The position numbers and the translations under genes are program-made. A stretch of 64,000 nucleotides of DNA from an uncultured Lachnospiraceae bacterium (GTDB lineage: Bacteria > Bacillota > Clostridia > Lachnospirales > Lachnospiraceae): the NCBI GenBank assembly GCA_937894705.1, contig CALAXP010000025.1, forward strand, positions 14,962-78,961, written 5' to 3'. The notes below the pieces were generated by a model. It searched no databases, was not told where the DNA came from, and saw only the letters and a program-made list of their open reading frames with translations. Positions 57,998-64,000 of the stretch are shown here, one piece after another. Every line of letters starts with the position of its first letter. Position 1 is the first letter of the stretch.

Positions 57998-58882
57998 ATG
58001 CGTTGGGAAGATCTGATGGAGGAAAAAGTCGATATGAAGGCAGAAAAAATAAAACGATATTCAATAAGAACGGTCAAGATTATCATTTGCATATGTCTGG
58101 TGCTGATTGCAGTGTTTCCGCTTTACTGGCTGATTGCCATGGCGATACGGCCCATGTCGGAGATGACGGGAAAAATCTCGCTGATTCCGCAGACACTGAC
58201 AAGCGAGCAGTTTAAGGCATTGTTTCAGGATGGCAGTTTTTTAAGGGCAATAAAAAACAGCCTTTTTACAACACTGATATCCATGGTGATATCACTTGCC
58301 GTAGGCTTGTGTGCTTCTTATATCATCTCAAGAAACCGGTATCGGCTAAAAATGAAAAAGCCGCTTACCCTGTGGGTATTGATTGTGCGGATTCTGCCAC
58401 CGGTTGCATTTACGATTCCTTTGTATATTATGTTCAACCGGTTTGGAATTTTAAATACAAGGATCCCTGCTGTACTTGCATGTATCCTGATCAATATTCC
58501 GCTTATCATCTGGTTCATGGTCAGTTTTTTTGAAGATCTACCGGAGGAAATAGAGGAGAGTGCCATGATGGATGGCACAAACGAATGGCAGATGTTTACG
58601 AAGATTGTTTTGCCGCTTGTACTTCCGGGCATCGCAGCAGTTTCCATGTTGTCATTTATGTATGCATGGAACGAATATACATACAGCGTCATATTTGTTC
58701 AGTCACCGCAGAATTATACTGTTCCATTAACACTTGCCACATTGAATTCCGATGATTCTCTCACAAATTTCGGACTGGTGGCAGCTGGTGGAGTCATCTC
58801 GGTGATACCTGTAACCCTGTTTGTCATCTTTGCACAGAACTACCTGATAACCGGTTTATCAAGCGGTGCTGTCAAAGAGTAA
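57998..58882 (+). CDS. Carbohydrate ABC transporter permease (MalG-like); true start may be 58034
   Basis: EESAMMDG EAA loop; GLSSGAVKE terminus. Confidence 0.9.
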   Translation: MRWEDLMEEKVDMKAEKIKRYSIRTVKIIICICLVLIAVFPLYWLIAMAIRPMSEMTGKISLIPQTLTSEQFKALFQDGSFLRAIKNSLFTTLISMVISLAVGLCASYIISRNRYRLKMKKPLTLWVLIVRILPPVAFTIPLYIMFNRFGILNTRIPAVLACILINIPLIIWFMVSFFEDLPEEIEESAMMDGTNEWQMFTKIVLPLVLPGIAAVSMLSFMYAWNEYTYSVIFVQSPQNYTVPLTLATLNSDDSLTNFGLVAAGGVISVIPVTLFVIFAQNYLITGLSSGAVKE

Positions 58883-58925
58883 CAATATATATTTCTTATA
58901 CGAAGAAACGGAGGAAAGAAACGAA

Positions 58926-60242
58926 ATGAAAAAGCGATTTTTAGCATTGGCATTGTCCTTTGCAATGATGGGATCTGTGCTGGCAGGTTGTGGCAGTAGC
59001 CAGACATCCGAGGAGACGACAACAACAGAAGCTGCAACGACGACAGAGGCGGCAGCGGATACAACCGAGGCAACAGCCGCAGATGCACAGACAGTTACAG
59101 ATGGAAATGGAGAGACTTTGACACTGGTACTTCGTTCCGGTACATACAGTGACGTCATCAAGCAGTGCCTGCCGGATTTTGAGCAGAGCCATAACGTAAA
59201 GTGTGAGGTGCTTGAACTGGAAGAGGATGATCTTCATTCCAAAATTGCGTTGGATTCTTTAAATAGCGATGGTGCATATGACCTTTGTATGGTAGACGGC
59301 TCATGGATGGCAGAGTTTACATCCGGCGGTGTGCTTGCAAACCTGTCAGAGATGGGTTATAGCTTTGATGATGATATTATTCCGGCAACGACAGCAGTCA
59401 GCTATTACAATGATGATATCTATCTTGCACCATATTACGGAAATGTAACTGTCCTGCTTTACAACAAGCAGAATGTAGAAGATGCCGGATATAAGGCAGA
59501 GGATATGCAGTCACTCGATGACCTGCTCGCAGTCAGCAAGAAGGCACAGGAAAATGGTAAGAAGGGTTTTATCTATCGTGGAGACAGCGCAAACAATATT
59601 GTTGTTGATTTTCTTCCAATCCTGCTTTCCTGCGGTGGATGGGTAATCGATGATAACAACAAGCCGACGGTTGATACAGAGGAGTTCCGTACTGCTTTGG
59701 ATTATTACATGCAGTTAGTTGCAACTGGTGACGCAGAGGTAAAGGATGACCTGATCGCATCCATCGACAACGGTTCCGGAACCGCAGCTATCGGCTGGCC
59801 TGGCTGGTATAATCCAACGGATGATTCAACCGGTGCATATATGGCACTAAGCGGAAAGCAGACCGCAGACAGTGAGGCAAATAATGCTAATGTATATGGT
59901 ATTTGGACACTTGGTGTTACCGCAAACAGCACGCATAAAGAGCTTACACTTGAGCTTCTGGAGTATCTGATGGACAAGGATGTACAGCTTAGTACCGTGG
60001 ATAACGGAGGCGTTCCATGTCGCTACTCCAGCCTTCAGAATAAGGATGTACTTGCAAAATATCCACATTACGAAGTCGTATGCCAGGCACTGGAAAGTGG
60101 AAAATATCGTCCTTTGATTGAGCAGTGGACAGACTTCTATACAATCCTCGGAGCTGAGATGGATAACATCTTAAATGGAGTAAAGACGGTAGACGAAGGA
60201 CTTGCAGATGCACAGTCACAGCTGGATGCATTGATGGAGTAA
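58926..60242 (+). CDS. Sugar ABC transporter substrate-binding lipoprotein
   Basis: Lipobox LAGC, Thr/Ala-rich linker, LLYNK, SBP family 1 pattern. Confidence 0.9.
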   Translation: MKKRFLALALSFAMMGSVLAGCGSSQTSEETTTTEAATTTEAAADTTEATAADAQTVTDGNGETLTLVLRSGTYSDVIKQCLPDFEQSHNVKCEVLELEEDDLHSKIALDSLNSDGAYDLCMVDGSWMAEFTSGGVLANLSEMGYSFDDDIIPATTAVSYYNDDIYLAPYYGNVTVLLYNKQNVEDAGYKAEDMQSLDDLLAVSKKAQENGKKGFIYRGDSANNIVVDFLPILLSCGGWVIDDNNKPTVDTEEFRTALDYYMQLVATGDAEVKDDLIASIDNGSGTAAIGWPGWYNPTDDSTGAYMALSGKQTADSEANNANVYGIWTLGVTANSTHKELTLELLEYLMDKDVQLSTVDNGGVPCRYSSLQNKDVLAKYPHYEVVCQALESGKYRPLIEQWTDFYTILGAEMDNILNGVKTVDEGLADAQSQLDALME

Positions 60243-60248
60243 CAGATC

Positions 60249-61112
60249 ATGAACAAACAGTTCGCAAGAAAAACATTTGCAGTGGGGATGTTAATCCCCG
60301 CTGTAATCTTTTTAGCAGTGACAACGATCTATCCGATGGTGTTCACTGCATATTATGGCTTTACAGATTTCTCTCTGCTCAAAAAAGAGGTACATTTTGT
60401 CGGTTGGGAGAATTATAAAAGTCTGTTAAAAAATGGATATTTTCAAAAGGCAATCTGGAATACAGTAAAATTCACACTCATATCAACTCTGTTGGAAATG
60501 GTGTTTGGATTGCTGCTTGCCGTATTTGTGAAAAGCCTGAAATTTGGGCAGAAGGTGATGCGGACATTGTTATTGCTTCCATATCTGCTTCCGACCGTTA
60601 CAGTGGCGCTGGCATTTCGTATGATGCTCTCCAATAATTACGGTATCGTAAATACATGGCTGACGGCACTGCATCTGCCGGTATATAACTGGTTTTCCGA
60701 TATACATACTGCTTTTTCGATGCTTGTCGCAATCGACGTATGGCAGAATACGCCATTTGTATTTCTGCTTCTCTATGCAAGTCTGCAGGGAATCTCGGAA
60801 TCGCAGTACGAGGCGGCGCGGATGGATGGAGCCGGTGCCTGGAAGCAGCTGACACGGATCACGATTCCGAATATTAAAAACGGACTCCTGCTATGTGCCC
60901 TGCTTCGGACGATTGATGGCTTCCGTTTGTTCGAGAAGGTCAATCTGCTTACGGGAGGCGGTCCGGCAAACAGCACGACTACGATCACGCAGTATCTGTA
61001 CTCGTATGGTATCAAGAGTTTGAAGTTTGGACTCGGCAGCGCCGGAACGATCGTTATGACTGTGTTGGTTATGCTGCTTTCTATCGTATATATCCGGAAG
61101 TCAATGAAGTGA
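60249..61112 (+). CDS. Carbohydrate ABC transporter permease (MalF-like)
   Basis: FVGWENY, YEAARMDGAG, TGGGP. Confidence 0.9.
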   Translation: MNKQFARKTFAVGMLIPAVIFLAVTTIYPMVFTAYYGFTDFSLLKKEVHFVGWENYKSLLKNGYFQKAIWNTVKFTLISTLLEMVFGLLLAVFVKSLKFGQKVMRTLLLLPYLLPTVTVALAFRMMLSNNYGIVNTWLTALHLPVYNWFSDIHTAFSMLVAIDVWQNTPFVFLLLYASLQGISESQYEAARMDGAGAWKQLTRITIPNIKNGLLLCALLRTIDGFRLFEKVNLLTGGGPANSTTTITQYLYSYGIKSLKFGLGSAGTIVMTVLVMLLSIVYIRKSMK

Positions 61113-61133
61113 TTTTATCAGGTGAGGCGAAAC

Positions 61134-62066
61134 ATGGCAGAGCTTATTTTTTTGAATGTTGGATACGGTGAGGCAATCCTGCTTCGACAGGGAGAACATA
61201 CGGCAATTATAGATGGCGGCAGCGGGATTCCGGAGGAATACACACGCACAGACAGTGGACGTATGGAGCTTGCGGAATATCTGAGACATGAAAATATACG
61301 CAGGATTGATGTGTGTGTGCTGACACATATTCATGAGGATCATATCGGAGGTCTGCAACAGGCACTTGCACTTGTAGAAGTAGGGATGTTCGTGCAGACA
61401 TTGCCGGTTAATTTTTATAAAGAACTTGCACAGCTTGATGTATCGAAGCTGCAGACAGAGGATGCAAAGCTTCTAGTGGATGCGATTCACATATACAGAC
61501 ATTTGTGTGAGACATATTCGCAGGTACTCCGGCAGGCATCATGTGGGGAAAACTTAACCCTCGTCCCCGGTGTTTCATGCCGGTTCCTTGGACCGGAGCC
61601 ACAGCAGGTAAAGGAACTGCTTCAAGATCTCCGGGATATAGATACGGAGCAGGCATTGCTTGCTCTAAATAAAAAGATGAACAGTTACAGTCTGATTGTA
61701 AGGCTTAACTGTGACGGTGTGCGTGTGCTTCTGCCGGGTGATGCAGATGCACAGGTACTTTCACGATATAATTCGGACGAACTGCAGGCAGACGTGTTTA
61801 AGGTCGGTCATCACGGACAGCGTGACGGATTGACAGAAATGCTTTTGAGACGGATTGCACCGCGACTGGTGGTATGCTGTGCTTCATCAGATAAAAAGTA
61901 TAACAGTGCGGATGAAACAGTAACGGACATGGTAATACGAAGTGGTGCACAAATGCTTTTTTCGGACAGTCCGAAGGTGAAAGGGATGGAGATCCCGAAG
62001 CATACGACACTTACGATAGAGCTTGGAACTGCAATGGCGGTGCATTACGGAGAGGAGTTGTCATAG
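61134..62066 (+). CDS. Metallo-beta-lactamase-fold hydrolase (ComEC/Rec2-like domain)
   Basis: NVGYGEA, THIHEDHIGG, LPGDA, KVGHHG. Confidence 0.88.
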   Translation: MAELIFLNVGYGEAILLRQGEHTAIIDGGSGIPEEYTRTDSGRMELAEYLRHENIRRIDVCVLTHIHEDHIGGLQQALALVEVGMFVQTLPVNFYKELAQLDVSKLQTEDAKLLVDAIHIYRHLCETYSQVLRQASCGENLTLVPGVSCRFLGPEPQQVKELLQDLRDIDTEQALLALNKKMNSYSLIVRLNCDGVRVLLPGDADAQVLSRYNSDELQADVFKVGHHGQRDGLTEMLLRRIAPRLVVCCASSDKKYNSADETVTDMVIRSGAQMLFSDSPKVKGMEIPKHTTLTIELGTAMAVHYGEELS

Positions 62067-62969
62067 ATGGAAAATAAAGTTGTTGCAGATAAGATATACG
62101 ATACATTGATCATAGGACCGGTTTCCCGGGATATCAATATCGACTGTGAGGGGAATGAGCAGCGGGAGCTCGGCGGTGCGGTGATCGCATCCGGATATGC
62201 GGCAGCATGCATGAACCGGCAGGTGGCAGTTTTTACGAAATGCAACAAGGCGGATGCAGATCCAATGGCAGCGTTTCAGGGCTGCAAGGCGGATGTCTAT
62301 GTGCGTCCGTCAGAAAAAACGTGCTCGATCCAAAATGTATATCACACGCCGGACAAGGAACGGAGAACGTGTACCTCGCTTGGTGTATGCGATGCATTTA
62401 CCTTTGATGAAATCTCAGATATTCATACGCGGTTGTATCATTTTGCAGGACTTGTATATGGCGATTTTTCAGGTACAATGTTCCGGCAGGCGGCAGAGCG
62501 TGGAAAGGTAGCCGTGGATGTACAGTGTCTGCTCCGCCATGTGCAGCCGGACGGAAGCATGGAGTATGCAGACTGGAGGGAAAAACGCGAGTATCTGCCG
62601 TATGTGGATTATCTGAAGACAGATGCGGCTGAGGCACAGATCCTGACCGGAACAGACGACCGGAGACAGGCAGCGAAGCAATTATTTGCATGGGGTGCAC
62701 GGGAGATTATGATTTCTCATCATACGGAAATATTGATCTATGATGGGCAGGAATATTATACCTGTCCGATCCGATCCAGAAATCTGTCCGGTAGAACCGG
62801 ACGAGGAGATACGGTGATTTCTGCATATTTGATGAAGCGGCAGACATGTGGGATTGCGGAGGCGTTACAGTTTGCAACCGCTCTGGTCTCACTCAAGATG
62901 GAGACACCGGGACCATTTCGCGGCAGCGAGCAGGATGTAGAAAATTATATAGACGAATTTTATCGGTAA
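62067..62969 (+). CDS. PfkB/ribokinase-family carbohydrate kinase
   Basis: LGGAV, LKTDAAEA, RTGRGDT. Confidence 0.82.
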   Translation: MENKVVADKIYDTLIIGPVSRDINIDCEGNEQRELGGAVIASGYAAACMNRQVAVFTKCNKADADPMAAFQGCKADVYVRPSEKTCSIQNVYHTPDKERRTCTSLGVCDAFTFDEISDIHTRLYHFAGLVYGDFSGTMFRQAAERGKVAVDVQCLLRHVQPDGSMEYADWREKREYLPYVDYLKTDAAEAQILTGTDDRRQAAKQLFAWGAREIMISHHTEILIYDGQEYYTCPIRSRNLSGRTGRGDTVISAYLMKRQTCGIAEALQFATALVSLKMETPGPFRGSEQDVENYIDEFYR

Positions 62970-63039
62970 GAACTGTTTGCAATGTTATACGGCCGAATGC
63001 AAGCCATTTGTTGACATTTCAGCAGTACATAGGTTATAC

Positions 63040-63079
63040 TAAAAACTTGGGTGGATGTACCTATCTGCCCAAGTTTTTA
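63040..63079 (+). terminator. Hairpin between pfkB and ileS (terminator-like)
   Basis: TAAAAACTTGGGTGGAT/ATCTGCCCAAGTTTTTA. Confidence 0.6.
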
Positions 63080-63156
63080 TGCTGTATTGATGTATAAAAC
63101 TCCATCCCATCTCGCGGGAATGAAAAGGAATATTATAAGAAAGGAAATATAGAAGT

Positions 63157-64000
63157 ATGTACAAAAAGGTTTCTACAAAGCTGGACTTCACCAGCCGGGA
63201 AGAAAAAGTACTCAAGTTCTGGAAAGAGAACAAGATCTTTGAGAAGAGTATTGAAGAGAAAAAGGATCTGCCGACATATACATTTTATGACGGCCCTCCA
63301 ACTGCAAATGGCAAGCCACATATCGGACATGTGCTGACACGTGTTATCAAGGATATGATTCCACGTTATCAGACAATGAAGGGGCATAAGATCATTCGTA
63401 AGGCTGGATGGGATACACACGGCCTTCCGGTTGAACTGGAGATCGAGAAGGAGCTTGGCATCGATGGCAAGGAGCAGATCGAGGCATATGGTCTGGATCC
63501 GTTTATCCGCAAATGTAAAGAGTCTGTATGGAAATACAAAGGTATGTGGGAGGAGTTCTCCAACAAGGTAGGATTCTGGGCAGATATGGATCATCCATAT
63601 GTCACATATCACAATACATTTATCGAGTCCGAGTGGTGGGCTTTGAAGAAGATCTGGGATGACGGACTTCTGTATAAGGGATTTAAGATCGTTCCTTACT
63701 GTCCACGTTGTGGAACCCCGCTTTCTTCACACGAGGTTGCACAGGGCTATAAGACAGTGAAAGAGCGTTCTGCAGTGGTACGTTTCAAGGTGATCGGTGA
63801 GGATGCATATTTCCTTGCATGGACAACAACCCCTTGGACACTTCCAAGCAACGTGGCACTCTGTGTGAACCCGGATGAGAACTACTGCAAGGTAAAGGCT
63901 GCGGATGGCTACACTTATTATATGGCAAAGGCACTGCTTGACAAGGTACTTGGCGGTATGGCTGAGAAGCTTGTGAAGGAAGAGAAGATTGCAGAGGGAA
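63157..64000 (+). CDS. ileS: Isoleucine--tRNA ligase (IleRS2-like), runs off the window end; not in the ORF track
   Basis: Manual translation [11 protein letters not shown]...[16 protein letters not shown]...[10 protein letters not shown]...[12 protein letters not shown]. Confidence 0.95.
   Translation, partial: MYKKVSTKLDFTSREEKVLKFWKENKIFEKSIEEKKDLPTYTFYDGPPTANGKPHIGHVLTRVIKDMIPRYQTMKGHKIIRKAGWDTHGLPVELEIEKELGIDGKEQIEAYGLDPFIRKCKESVWKYKGMWEEFSNKVGFWADMDHPYVTYHNTFIESEWWALKKIWDDGLLYKGFKIVPYCPRCGTPLSSHEVAQGYKTVKERSAVVRFKVIGEDAYFLAWTTTPWTLPSNVALCVNPDENYCKVKAADGYTYYMAKALLDKVLGGMAEKLVKEEKIAEG

Overview
Chromosomal origin region of a Bacillota bacterium, most likely Lachnospiraceae (inferred from gene content and order). 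It carries rsmG, mnmG, mnmE, jag, yidC, yidD, rnpA, rpmH, a bipartite oriC, and dnaA-dnaN-yaaA-recF-gyrB-gyrA. Downstream are an AT-rich islet (HigA, MNT-HEPN), a split fumarase, a 2.2-kaa LRR surface protein, three tRNAs, an agr-like quorum-sensing locus with an unannotated AgrD, the glmS ribozyme with glmS, ptb-buk, aroD, a sugar ABC operon and the start of ileS. Highlights: (1) A ~5.4-kb, nearly cargo-free gamma-mobile-trio-like element (gmtY-gmtZ-gmtX, two tyrosine recombinases) sits in the loop of a host hairpin at the rsmG 3' end. Its empty site and circle junction can be reconstructed, and it has arm-type repeats and replacement terminators. (2) mnmE is flipped out of the canonical jag-mnmE-mnmG order and is bracketed by related long palindromes. 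(3) A 78-nt structured repeat occurs twice, 30 kb apart, with four compensatory base-pair changes. (4) A candidate ~240-nt multi-hairpin sRNA has its own promoter and terminator. All calls come from reading the sequence and from motif recognition; no searches were run.
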